Positions 28,492 to 38,035 of a stretch of 64,000 nt of DNA are shown here, in pieces; position 1 is the first letter of the stretch; each line of letters begins with the position of its first letter. The stretch is from Clostridium sp. 28_17. GTDB taxonomy: Bacteria > Bacillota > Clostridia > TANB77 > CAG-508. The stretch is from positions 31,948-95,947 of the forward strand of contig MNRS01000019.1 in the NCBI GenBank assembly GCA_001916065.1, read 5' to 3'. The position numbers and the translations under genes were made by a program. The notes below the pieces were generated by a model. That model searched no databases, was not told where the DNA came from, and was given only the letters and a program-made list of their open reading frames with translations.

Positions 28492-29673
28492 ATGCTAGAA
28501 ATAATTATTAACAAAAGTAAAGAACAAAAAGAAATAGCCCTAGTTGAAAATGGAAAATTAGTAGAATACTACTTAGATGAAGAAAGTATTAGAAAAGAAG
28601 GAAATATATATATAGGGATTGTAAAAGACATTGTTAAAGGAATGCAATCAGCATTTGTAAACATTGGAACAGAAAAAAACAGTTTTATACATCTAAAAGA
28701 CATATTAGACAAAGTTGACGAAAGCAAAGAACATAAAGAAATAAAAACAGACATAAGCACAGTTATAAAAAAAGGACAAAAAATCCTTGTACAGGTAAAA
28801 AAAGATAGTAATCAATTAAAAGGAGCAAGAATTTCCACACATATTAATTTACCAGGTAAATACATTGCTATAATGCCAAATACAGATATAATAACAGTAT
28901 CACAAAAAATAGAAGATAAAAAAGAGCAACAAAGACTAAAAAAATTAGTTAAAGAAAATTTAAGTACAGGCAATGGAGCAGTAATAAGAACATCCGCAGC
29001 AGGAAAAGAAAGCGAAATAATAGAAGAAATAAAAAGTATTGAAAAAAAATGGAATGATATAAAAAACAAATTTGACAATTACAAATCAAATAAACCATGC
29101 ATATTATTAAAAGCAAATAATATAGTACAAAAAATGATAATAGATTTACCAGAGGATTCAATAAAAAAAATAACAGTAAATGACAAAAAAGAATATGAAA
29201 AAATAGTAGAAATAAAAAACGACAATAACTATTTAAAAAATATGGTTGTAGAACTAAAAGAAAATGAGGATGTTTTAGATAAATACGACTTAAAAAAAGA
29301 AATAGCAAAACTAGAAAATAGAAAAATTTGGCTAAAATGCGGAGGATTTATCACTATAGATAAAACAGAAGCACTAACAGCAATTGACATAAACACAGGA
29401 AAATATACAGGAACAAAAAATGTAGAACAAACAATTTACAAAGTTAATGAAGAAGCAACAATAGAAATAGCAAGGCAACTACGACTTCATGACATTGGTG
29501 GTATTATAATAATAGATTACATTGACATGAAAAGTGAAAATAATAAAGAAAAAATAGAAAATTTATTAAAAGAATGCCTAAAAAAAGACAGAACAAAAAC
29601 GCAAGTAGAAGGTTTTACAAAACTAGATTTAATGGAATTAACAAGAAAACATATATGTAGTCATAAAGAATAA
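28492..29673 (+). CDS. rng: Ribonuclease G (RNase E/G family)
   Basis: N-terminal S1 domain and RNase E/G catalytic core; 393 aa. Confidence 0.75.
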   Translation: MLEIIINKSKEQKEIALVENGKLVEYYLDEESIRKEGNIYIGIVKDIVKGMQSAFVNIGTEKNSFIHLKDILDKVDESKEHKEIKTDISTVIKKGQKILVQVKKDSNQLKGARISTHINLPGKYIAIMPNTDIITVSQKIEDKKEQQRLKKLVKENLSTGNGAVIRTSAAGKESEIIEEIKSIEKKWNDIKNKFDNYKSNKPCILLKANNIVQKMIIDLPEDSIKKITVNDKKEYEKIVEIKNDNNYLKNMVVELKENEDVLDKYDLKKEIAKLENRKIWLKCGGFITIDKTEALTAIDINTGKYTGTKNVEQTIYKVNEEATIEIARQLRLHDIGGIIIIDYIDMKSENNKEKIENLLKECLKKDRTKTQVEGFTKLDLMELTRKHICSHKE

Positions 29674-29717
29674 TATAAAGATTGACAAATATTAAGAATA
29701 TGAAAATAGTAATATTA

Positions 29718-29796
29718 GGGACTTTAAGGAGTGTCCCTTAATCCCGTTATAAAGGGATTTTAAGGAACGTCCCTAAATCCCTTCCGGGAGGAAAAA
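29718..29796 (+). promoter_or_regulatory. Structured 5' leader of rimO with duplicated 20-nt motif
   Basis: AAGGAGTGTCCCTTAATCCC (29727-29746) and AAGGAACGTCCCTAAATCCC (29762-29781) flank GGGATT; GGGAC at 29718 can pair with either GTCCC; last hairpin overlaps SD. Confidence 0.35.
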
Positions 29797-31167
29797 ATGA
29801 AGGTAGGATTTATATCACTAGGATGTAGCAAAAATTTAATAGATACAGAAGTAGCAATTGGACTATTTAAAGACAACCATTATGAAATAGTAAACAATCC
29901 AAATGATGCAGAAATATTAGTAGTAAACACATGTGGATTTATAGAATCTGCAAAAGAAGAAGCAATAAACACAATTTTAGAAATGGCAGAATATAAAAAG
30001 AAAAAGTGTAAGTATCTAATAGCAATGGGATGCTTGGTACAAAGATATTATGATGACTTAGTAAAACTATTACCAGAAGTAGATTTGTTTATAAAAATAG
30101 ATGAATATAACAAACTATGGGACAAAATAGAAGACTTAATAAAAAGAGACATAGTTGAAAAATCAACAACAAAAACTAGTAAGAAAATATCAGAAATTAA
30201 ACCACTTCCAATGCCAACATATAATGAATTTATGGAAAGAGTTGTTACAACAGGAAAAAACTATGCATATTTAAAAATAGGAGAAGGATGTAGCAACAAA
30301 TGCACATATTGTGCAATTCCATACATAAGAGGACCATTTGTTAGTAGAAAAATGGAAGACATTTTAGACGAAGCGGAAATGCTTGCAAAAAAAGGAATAA
30401 AAGAATTAATTGTAATTGCACAAGACACAACAAAATATGGTGTTGACATATATGGAGAAAGCAAACTTGCAGAATTATTAGAAAAAATAAGTAAGGTCAA
30501 AGGAATAGAATGGATTAGATTCTTATATTCATATCCAGAAGGAATTACAGACAAATTAATAAATGTTGTAGCAACTAATGGCAAAATTGCAAAATATTTT
30601 GATATTCCAATTCAACATATATCAAATCCAATATTGAAAAAAATGAATAGAAGAACAAGCAAAGAAGACGTCACAAAAATAATAGAAAAAATAAGAAAAG
30701 AAGTACCAGACGTAACATTAAGAACAAGTTTAATTGTTGGTTTCCCAGGTGAAACAAAAGAGAATTTTGAAGAACTTTTAGAATTTGTAAAAAACACAAA
30801 ATTCGATAAGTTAGGAACCTTTATGTATTCAAAAGAAGAGGGAACACCTGCTGCAAAACTTCCTGACCAAATACATGGCAATACAAAAAAAGCAAGATAC
30901 AACAAAATTATGGAAGCACAACAAGAGATATCAAAAGAAATATTAACAAATAAAATTGGAAAAAATTATAAAGTTTTAGTAGAAGATATGTCTTTTGATG
31001 GAAAATATTTTATAGGCAGAACTATGCAAGATGTACCTGAAGAAGATGGGCTTGTTTATATCAAAAATAATAAGGATTTAGATGAAAATACAATATTAAA
31101 CAATTTTGTGAACTGCAAAATAATAGAAGTAAGCAATTATGATTTAATTGGAGAAATACAAAAATAA
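29797..31167 (+). CDS. rimO: Ribosomal protein S12 methylthiotransferase RimO (MiaB-family radical SAM)
   Basis: MKVGFISLGCSKNLIDTE MTTase N-domain, CSNKCTYC radical SAM motif, C-terminal TRAM. Confidence 0.8.
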   Translation: MKVGFISLGCSKNLIDTEVAIGLFKDNHYEIVNNPNDAEILVVNTCGFIESAKEEAINTILEMAEYKKKKCKYLIAMGCLVQRYYDDLVKLLPEVDLFIKIDEYNKLWDKIEDLIKRDIVEKSTTKTSKKISEIKPLPMPTYNEFMERVVTTGKNYAYLKIGEGCSNKCTYCAIPYIRGPFVSRKMEDILDEAEMLAKKGIKELIVIAQDTTKYGVDIYGESKLAELLEKISKVKGIEWIRFLYSYPEGITDKLINVVATNGKIAKYFDIPIQHISNPILKKMNRRTSKEDVTKIIEKIRKEVPDVTLRTSLIVGFPGETKENFEELLEFVKNTKFDKLGTFMYSKEEGTPAAKLPDQIHGNTKKARYNKIMEAQQEISKEILTNKIGKNYKVLVEDMSFDGKYFIGRTMQDVPEEDGLVYIKNNKDLDENTILNNFVNCKIIEVSNYDLIGEIQK

Positions 31168-31185
31168 AATTCTAATACAAAAATA

Positions 31186-31232
31186 AAAGAGCCAGTAAAT
31201 AAATTTATTATTTGCTTATAGGCTCTTTTAAA
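31186..31232. terminator. Bidirectional terminator between rimO and smpB
   Basis: AAAGAGCC...GGCTCTTT stem with inner palindrome, A/T runs on both sides. Confidence 0.6.
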
Positions 31233-31240
31233 TATTAAAT

Positions 31241-31696
31241 TTATTGATTTTTCATATGTTGTAACATTCTTCTTTCAGCATCCTTTTTAGCGATATCTTC
31301 ACGTTTATCATAAAGCTTTTTACCTTTACCAATACCAAGTTCAACCTTAACTAAACTACCTTTAAAATACATATTTAAAGGAACAAGACTGTACCCTTTT
31401 TGTTTAGTCATAACAATTAATTTATTAATTTCACGTCTATTCAACAACAACTTTCTATCACGTAAAGGATCTTTATTAAAGATATTTCCATGTTCATAAG
31501 GACTAATATGTAACCCAACAATATAAACTTCATTATTTTTTATAATAGCATAACTATCTTTTAGATTTGCTTTTCCATTTCTTATTGATTTAATTTCTGT
31601 ACCAGAAAGCACAATACCTGTTTCCAATTTGTTTTCTATATTGTAATTATGAAATGCAGTAGGATTCTTTGCAATTAATTTATCATTAGACATCAT
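31241..31696 (-). CDS. smpB: SsrA-binding protein
   Basis: [23 protein letters not shown]...NRREINKL...KGYSLVPL; start MMSNDK. Confidence 0.9.
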   Translation of the reverse strand: MMSNDKLIAKNPTAFHNYNIENKLETGIVLSGTEIKSIRNGKANLKDSYAIIKNNEVYIVGLHISPYEHGNIFNKDPLRDRKLLLNRREINKLIVMTKQKGYSLVPLNMYFKGSLVKVELGIGKGKKLYDKREDIAKKDAERRMLQHMKNQ

Positions 31697-31816
31697 GTAT
31701 ACCTCAATTCTATATAATAATTTAAAATCAAATCCAGCAACACAAAGGTGTGCTTGATTTATATAATAAGAGTATAACACGAATAAATAAAAACTGCAAA
31801 TAAATCCTACTAAATA

Positions 31817-32239
31817 TTATTCATCATCATCATTATTGTTATTACCTTTACGTCCAGTATTAGTAAACTGCATAGAATAATACCAAACAACTGCAATAAT
31901 AGCAATAGCAGCAACACCTAATATAAGCCAAGTCCAAGCAGTTTGAGACATTCCTGCAACAGTGGTAGTATCTGTACTTGTTCGTGCAGCATTATATCCA
32001 GTACCCATAGTAGAATCAGTACGGACAGCATCCATTTTATTTTCTGCTCCACTTGTAATATTTTTTGATACATTTGAAGCACCAAGTGCAGCATTTTCTA
32101 CAGTATTTTCAACACCACCAACAAAATTACGTATATTATTTGTGGCACTTTTCATTACATCATCTGTTGCTTGACAGATTGTGAATGAAAATATGGTGAA
32201 TAATATAATTGATAAAGATACTAAAATTCTTTTGTTCAT
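31817..32239 (-). CDS. Secreted/membrane-anchored Ala/Thr-rich protein
   Basis: Signal peptide, low-complexity middle, C-terminal TM helix and acidic tail. Confidence 0.45.
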   Translation of the reverse strand: MNKRILVSLSIILFTIFSFTICQATDDVMKSATNNIRNFVGGVENTVENAALGASNVSKNITSGAENKMDAVRTDSTMGTGYNAARTSTDTTTVAGMSQTAWTWLILGVAAIAIIAVVWYYSMQFTNTGRKGNNNNDDDE

Positions 32240-32422
32240 TGTAGTTCCTCCTTTTATTTTTTAATGTAAAATTGATTTTAAAAATCTATTAATATTATTT
32301 TAAAAATTAGACAAAATATACTTACAAAAAATAGCAAAATTTTAATTAAAATCTTAAATATTACAAAAATATTACAGTAATATGACATTTTTGTTAAAAA
32401 ATTGATATCATATCTAAAAGTG

Positions 32423-32451
32423 TTGAACTACAGTTTTGGTTATGGTAAAAT
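32423..32451 (+). promoter_or_regulatory. Sigma-70-like promoter (TTGAAC-17-TAAAAT) with about 190-nt leader
   Basis: Hexamers at 32423-32428 and 32446-32451. Confidence 0.4.
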
Positions 32452-32644
32452 GAAAATATAATACGACAAAATTCGCATTTAATGTTGTATAGACTAAATG
32501 CATATTTAGAAAAAATACAAATGAAAAAATATTTTAAATAACAGTGTTTTAATTTAAAATATTAGAGAGGAGGAAATTATAAGGATTAAAAAATTTTTAA
32601 ATAGAAACAATTAGAAAAATTAAAAGTAGGAGGATTGTATAATA

Positions 32645-34276
32645 ATGTTAAGGAAAAAGAATAAAGGAATAACACTTGTTGCATTAGTAGTGACTATAGT
32701 AGTTTTGCTTATTTTGGCAGGGATTTCAATTGCCGCATTAACAAATACTGGAATATTTCAAAAAGCAAAAGATGCGAAACAAAAAAGTGAAGAAGCAACT
32801 CAAAATGAAGAAAGTCTTTTGGCCGAATATGAGGTAGAAATTGATAAATATACATCTAATGATAGATGGGACGGAAAAGTAAATAAACCGGAATTAATGA
32901 CAGGGATGATGGCAATAAAATTTACAGAACCAACAGGAAATACAGAAGACACAAAAGGAAAAGAAGAAAAAGTAAGTGATAGCAGTAAAAATGATTGGTA
33001 TAATTATAGTGAAAAGAAATGGGCAAATGCAAAAACAAATGATGGAAGTATGTGGGTATGGATACCAAGATATGCATACAAAATAAATAAAAGTAATCAA
33101 ACTTTTGATGTGGTATTTTTAGTAGGAACAACAGATAGTTACTATGATAAAGATGGAAAATTGCAAACAGCAAAAAGACAAACATCAGAAACAGATATCC
33201 CAGATGCAACAAAAGAATATGTAGTACATCCAGCTTTTACAAATGAAAGTAACATTGGCTATGTCAATGGAGGATGGAAAAAAGAATTAACAGGTATTTG
33301 GGTTTCAAAATTTGAAGCAGGATTTGTTGATAAAGATACATTTAATGCAAATAAAGATATATATAATAGTTCAGTAAATTATACACAAGTTACCGGATAT
33401 ACACCGGCAAATAAAGATGAAGATGCAAGAAATTATTTAAATGGAATATATGGTTCTAATGCAACAAAAATAACATATCCAACATTTCAAGGTGGAAAAT
33501 ATTCAATGAATTATATAAATCATAGTGACGCATTCAGTATATCAAGAGCATTAACAGATAGTAATAATATATATAAATTAAGTAATAAAGAAACAGATAG
33601 CCATTTAATAAAAAACAGTGAATGGGGGGCAGTAGTATATTTAGGACAAAGTCAATATGGATTAAATGGAACAAATATATGTATAAATAATTTAAATACA
33701 AATAATAGTGAAGAGTACGTATATGCAAAAACAGGATATGCGTCAAAAAATGGTAATGATTCTGAAGCGACGAATTCAACCAATGGTGTATGGAAATGGA
33801 ATGAAAAAGGTGGAACGGCGGCAAGTTGCACAGGAACAATATATGGCATTTATGACATGTCAGGAGGAACATGGGAAAGATCAGCGGCAATTGTTAATAA
33901 TGGTAATGATAGTGGAAATCTTAATACTTATGGAAAAGCAATAATGAATGCCTTAAATAATGGAAAAAGCTCTGAATATGTAACCGTATATCCAACTGGT
34001 GAATCCAAAGGACAATCTTTAGATGATGCAAGTAAATCTAATTATGCAGCAAATACAAAAATATATGGAGATGCAATACGCGAAACTTCAACAGCTGGCT
34101 TGGGTCAAACATCATGGCATGATGACTACTCTTCCTTCGTTGGAGCTCACGGTCCGTTTTTCGTACGCAGTGGCTTTTGTTGGTATACCAGCGGTGTCGG
34201 TTTGTTCTGTTTCGATCGTTATGTTGGTGATAGCAGTTACTATTATGGGTTCCGCTCAGTGCTGGTCGCTCAGTAA
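32645..34276 (+). CDS. Pilin-like N-terminus fused to FGE-sulfatase (SUMF1/EgtB/PvdO-like) domain protein
   Basis: N-term KGITLVALVVTIVVLLILAGISIAAL resembles prepilin methylation motif (no Glu5); C-term GIYDMSGGTWE, VRSG, GFRSV match FGE-domain motifs (GLYDMSGNVWEW, RGGS, GFRC); last 65 codons GC-rich. Confidence 0.6.
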   Translation: MLRKKNKGITLVALVVTIVVLLILAGISIAALTNTGIFQKAKDAKQKSEEATQNEESLLAEYEVEIDKYTSNDRWDGKVNKPELMTGMMAIKFTEPTGNTEDTKGKEEKVSDSSKNDWYNYSEKKWANAKTNDGSMWVWIPRYAYKINKSNQTFDVVFLVGTTDSYYDKDGKLQTAKRQTSETDIPDATKEYVVHPAFTNESNIGYVNGGWKKELTGIWVSKFEAGFVDKDTFNANKDIYNSSVNYTQVTGYTPANKDEDARNYLNGIYGSNATKITYPTFQGGKYSMNYINHSDAFSISRALTDSNNIYKLSNKETDSHLIKNSEWGAVVYLGQSQYGLNGTNICINNLNTNNSEEYVYAKTGYASKNGNDSEATNSTNGVWKWNEKGGTAASCTGTIYGIYDMSGGTWERSAAIVNNGNDSGNLNTYGKAIMNALNNGKSSEYVTVYPTGESKGQSLDDASKSNYAANTKIYGDAIRETSTAGLGQTSWHDDYSSFVGAHGPFFVRSGFCWYTSGVGLFCFDRYVGDSSYYYGFRSVLVAQ

Positions 34277-34360
34277 TATTTTTTATACTCTACAAATACT
34301 TCGAGTATTTAAATAGAGTGTTAAAAATATAACTAATTAGAATAAAAGTATATAGGAAGA

Positions 34361-35505
34361 TTGTATATAATAATGAAAAAGAAAAGTAAGGGTATAACAC
34401 TTGTAGCACTGGTAATTACAATAATTTTGCTTTTAATTCTTTCAGGAATTTCAATTTCCGCATTAACAAATACTGGAATATTTCAAAAAGCAAAAGATGC
34501 AAAACAAGCAAGCGAAAATGCAGAAAAAAACAAGAAGAAACATTAGATAGTTATGAAAAAGAATTAAATAAATATACATCTGACGAATTAACAATAGACA
34601 ATACAGGAGCAGTATTAAGTAAAAACAACAACATTGAATTACATGATAAAAATGGAAACAAAGTAGTGGTACCAGCTGGATTTAAAGTGGTTAAAACAGA
34701 TAATTTAACAGTTGAAAAAGGAATAGTTGTAGAAGATAAAAAAGGTAACCAATATGTTTGGATACCATGTACTACAGAGGATTCTAAATCACAATTGCAA
34801 TTTAAAAGAAAAGAATGGGATGTTGAAGTAGATGGTACTGATAATAGTAGAGCGTCAAAAGATGAATTGACATTAACATGTGAAGAAAATTATAGCGAAA
34901 ATGGATTAACTTATGCAGTCGTCAATGAGATAGTTGCACAAGTAAAAGCAGAAAAAGAAAGTGTACGCAAAAATGGAGGATATTATATAGGAAGATATGA
35001 AGTTGGTGGAGCTGTTGGAGCCGAAGTTATACAAGCAAATCAAACGCCACTAACAGACATTAACTGGAGCACTGCTTATGGAATAGCAACAGGGATTGGC
35101 GATGGAGTTGGAGCAACAACGCACCTTTGTTCTAGTTACGCTTGGGATACAGCAATTAATTTTATACAAAATAATGGATTTCCAAATTATGCAAAAGTAA
35201 AAGAAGATAGTTACAATGAAAACTGGTATGATAAAAGTGTAAAAGATTTGCTAGGTAATATAATTAAAGTAGCAAATAATGCTACTAGACTTTCAACAGG
35301 AGAAACAACTTCAAAATGCAATATTTATGATATGGGTGGAAATGTTGCAGAATTCACAACAGAAGTAATGCCAAATACTAGTGAACCTGTGGTAGTTCGT
35401 GGCGGCCATTATAATACTAATGGCTTAGCAGGCCGACGCCTTGATTATAGCACTTCAATTGCTTATGACTATGTTGGATTTCGTGTTACTCTATTTCTAA
35501 ATTAG
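34361..35505 (+). pseudogene. Paralogous pilin-like/FGE-domain gene split by frameshift at A7 tract
   Basis: ORF 34361-34546 (pilin-like N-term) and ORF from 34666 (NIYDMGGNVAEF, VVRGGHY, VGFRV) are consecutive pieces; frames differ by one nt at A7 tract 34524-34530. Confidence 0.5.
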
Positions 35506-35512
35506 TAGGAAT

Positions 35513-35537
35513 GTCGACTTTTGTCGAAATTTTTTTC
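35513..35537 (+). terminator. Rho-independent terminator
   Basis: GTCGACTTTTGTCGA hairpin then T7. Confidence 0.45.
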
Positions 35538-35600
35538 TTGACAATTAACATAAAATTATGGTAATATATGGTCATGCAATTAATTAGACAATTGCATGAC
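35538..35600 (+). promoter_or_regulatory. Promoter (TTGACA-18-TAATAT) followed immediately by 11-bp perfect inverted repeat
   Basis: TTGACA 35538-35543, TAATAT 35562-35567, GTCATGCAATT-N8-AATTGCATGAC 35571-35600 then TAATTTT. Confidence 0.35.
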
Positions 35601-35884
35601 TAATTTTAAAAAAAAGATTTAATTCAAGCAACTTAGGGTAGACATAGAAACAGTTTAATCAAAATACTAAAATCAAAGGATTCCATAAAAAATCAAAAAA
35701 AGTAATAAAAAATAGTAAAGATTAAAATTCAAAAATAAATCTAAAAATATTCCAATATCATTAAATAAAACAAGAAGTGTTGATAACCCTAATACACTTA
35801 TATTTGCGTACAAATTTAATATATTAATAGTCTAAAATTGTCTCTTTTAATTGTAAATAATATGTTAAATTATACTAAAAAGTA

Positions 35885-35913
35885 TTGCCAAAGTAAAAAT
35901 AATTTAGTATAAT
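35885..35913 (+). promoter_or_regulatory. Sigma-70-like promoter TTGCCA-17-TATAAT
   Basis: Hexamers 35885-35890 and 35908-35913 upstream of Rpn gene. Confidence 0.4.
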
Positions 35914-35931
35914 TAAGAAAGGAAGAAATAA

Positions 35932-36823
35932 ATGGCACAAAAAACAACAAAAATACCAAGATTACCACTAACAGATGACTATATATTTAAAAGAGTATTT
36001 GCATTTGAAGGTAATGAAAGTGTTTTAAAGGATTTATTGGAGGCAATTTTAAGAAAAAATATTAAAAACGTAACAATAAAAAATCCAGAAATAATTCCAT
36101 ACGAAAGAGAAGATAAAAGAGGCCTTTTAGATATCAAAGCAGAAACAGATGATGGAACTGTTTTAGATATTGAGATGCAAATGGAAGACAAGAAAAATAT
36201 AGAAGAAAGAGGAACACTATATTTAGCAAATATGATAACAAGTCAATTACAAGTAGGAGATGATTATACAACTTTAAAAAAGAGTATTGTAATATTCATA
36301 ACAAATTATAATTTTTTAAAACGAAACAGTTATCATAGTATTGGAAAAATAAAATTTGACAAAACATTAAAAGAAGAATATGTAGATATGGGGTATAAAA
36401 CAGAAGATGAAGAAGCATCAAAATATATAGAATTCCACTACATAGAACTACCAAAATATAAAAAGAAAACTCAATCAGAATTTACAAAACTAGACCAGTG
36501 GATGTGTGTATTCACAAATCGAAAGGGGGAGATGATGTTGGCTGAAAAAGAGAATAAAGAAATAAAAAAAGCAATGAATACATTAGATTATATAAGTTCT
36601 GATCCAAAAGAAAGAGAAAGACATAATTCAGTAATAATGGATGAATATAATAGACTTACAAGTGAACAAAACTTTTTTGAAGCTGGAAAAGAAGAACGGA
36701 AAAAGGAACGGAGTAATAGAAACCGCAAAAGAAATGTTGAAGAAAAAATTATCAATTGATTTAATATGTGAAATTACAAAACTATCAAAAGAAGAAGTCG
36801 AAAAGATAAAAGAATCAATATAA
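35932..36823 (+). pseudogene. Rpn-family recombination-promoting nuclease/putative transposase (YhgA-like), frameshifted near 3' end
   Basis: N-term LTDDYIFKRVFAFEGNESVLKDLLEAIL...LDIEMQ typical of PDDEXK_7/YhgA; C-terminal helix part (ETAKEMLKKKLSIDLICEITKLSKEEVEKI) lies in a different frame (36641-36823). Confidence 0.6.
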
Positions 36824-36883
36824 AAACAAAAAAGAAGCACTTATTTTAAAGCCGCTTCTTTTTATTATTTTCTATTCAAAAAA

Positions 36884-37240
36884 TTAACCCTTTAATCTAA
36901 TCAAAATAGCAATAGCCAAAAGAATCAAAAGAATACCAACACTAATCAAAATAATATTCAAAATATTAGTAATTCCCAAACCTGACTCAGTAGAATTAGT
37001 AGTTTTAACTGTAGCAGAAGAACTTAGACTAGAAGAATTCGTACTAGAAGAACTTCTAGAAGAATTTGACGCAGAAGAAGTTGAATTATCATCATCTTCA
37101 TCATCAGAAGAATTTGTGCTACTAGAAGTATTTTCAGTCAAATTTAAATCAACCGCCTTAACATATAAAAAATTAAAACTAACTAATAATATAGTAACAA
37201 ACATTAAAACCATTGCCAAAATTTTTTCCATTTTTGTCAT
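36884..37240 (-). CDS. Secreted Ser-rich protein with C-terminal membrane anchor
   Basis: Signal peptide, poly-Ser/Asp region, C-terminal TM. Confidence 0.45.
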   Translation of the reverse strand: MTKMEKILAMVLMFVTILLVSFNFLYVKAVDLNLTENTSSSTNSSDDEDDDNSTSSASNSSRSSSSTNSSSLSSSATVKTTNSTESGLGITNILNIILISVGILLILLAIAILIRLKG

Positions 37241-37476
37241 AACTTTACCTCCTAAAAATTTTCATTTGTTCACCTACATAATAATAGCACAAAATATAAA
37301 AACAGTCCAGATTTTTTCAAAAAATTCACAAAAGATTCAATCTAAAAATTACAATTCACACACCAATTATTTCAAAAATCTATAAATCATAGAATCTCAA
37401 ACTGACCGTTCGGACTAATGAAAAAATAAAAAAATTGATATAAAATCACATAAGAAAAATCAAAAGGAACAGAAAA

Positions 37477-37995
37477 ATGAAAATAAAAAAATTTAAAACA
37501 ATAAGTTCAACACACACATATTTAAAAGAAAACAATAGCAAATACACAGAAAACACAGTAATTTTAGCAGAAGAACAAACAGGAGGAATAGGAACAAAAG
37601 GAAGAAATTGGCACACTGGCTCAAACAAAAACATAGCAATGAGTATGCTATTTAGACCACAAAAAAATGTAAAAAACTTAGAAGGACTAACAATAGAAAT
37701 AGCAAAAAGAATCCAGAAAATAATGGAACAAAAATACAATATAAAATTAACAATAAAAGAGCCAAATGACCTAATGCTAAATGGAAAGAAAATATGTGGA
37801 ATATTAACAGAAAGCAACACAATAGGAAATAAAATCAACTATGTAATAATAAGTATAGGCTTTAATGTAAATGAAGACAAATTTCCAAATGAACTAGAAA
37901 ACATAGCAACATCATTGTATAAAGAAACTGGAAAAGAATTCAATAAACAAAAAATTATAGAAGATTTTATAAAAACATTGGAGGATATAATTTAG
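37477..37995 (+). CDS. birA: Biotin--[acetyl-CoA-carboxylase] ligase (no HTH domain)
   Basis: EEQTGGIGTKGRNWHT motif; adjacent to acc genes. Confidence 0.8.
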   Translation: MKIKKFKTISSTHTYLKENNSKYTENTVILAEEQTGGIGTKGRNWHTGSNKNIAMSMLFRPQKNVKNLEGLTIEIAKRIQKIMEQKYNIKLTIKEPNDLMLNGKKICGILTESNTIGNKINYVIISIGFNVNEDKFPNELENIATSLYKETGKEFNKQKIIEDFIKTLEDII

Positions 37996-38035
37996 AAAAA
38001 AATTAGAGTCTAAAAATTAAAAAATATAATTAGAG

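Noticed and set aside
32645-35505. Type IV pilus/competence operon
   Set aside because: Only the pilin-like N-termini are present; no PilB/PilC/PilD-like genes in the window, so an assembled pilus cannot be claimed from this sequence
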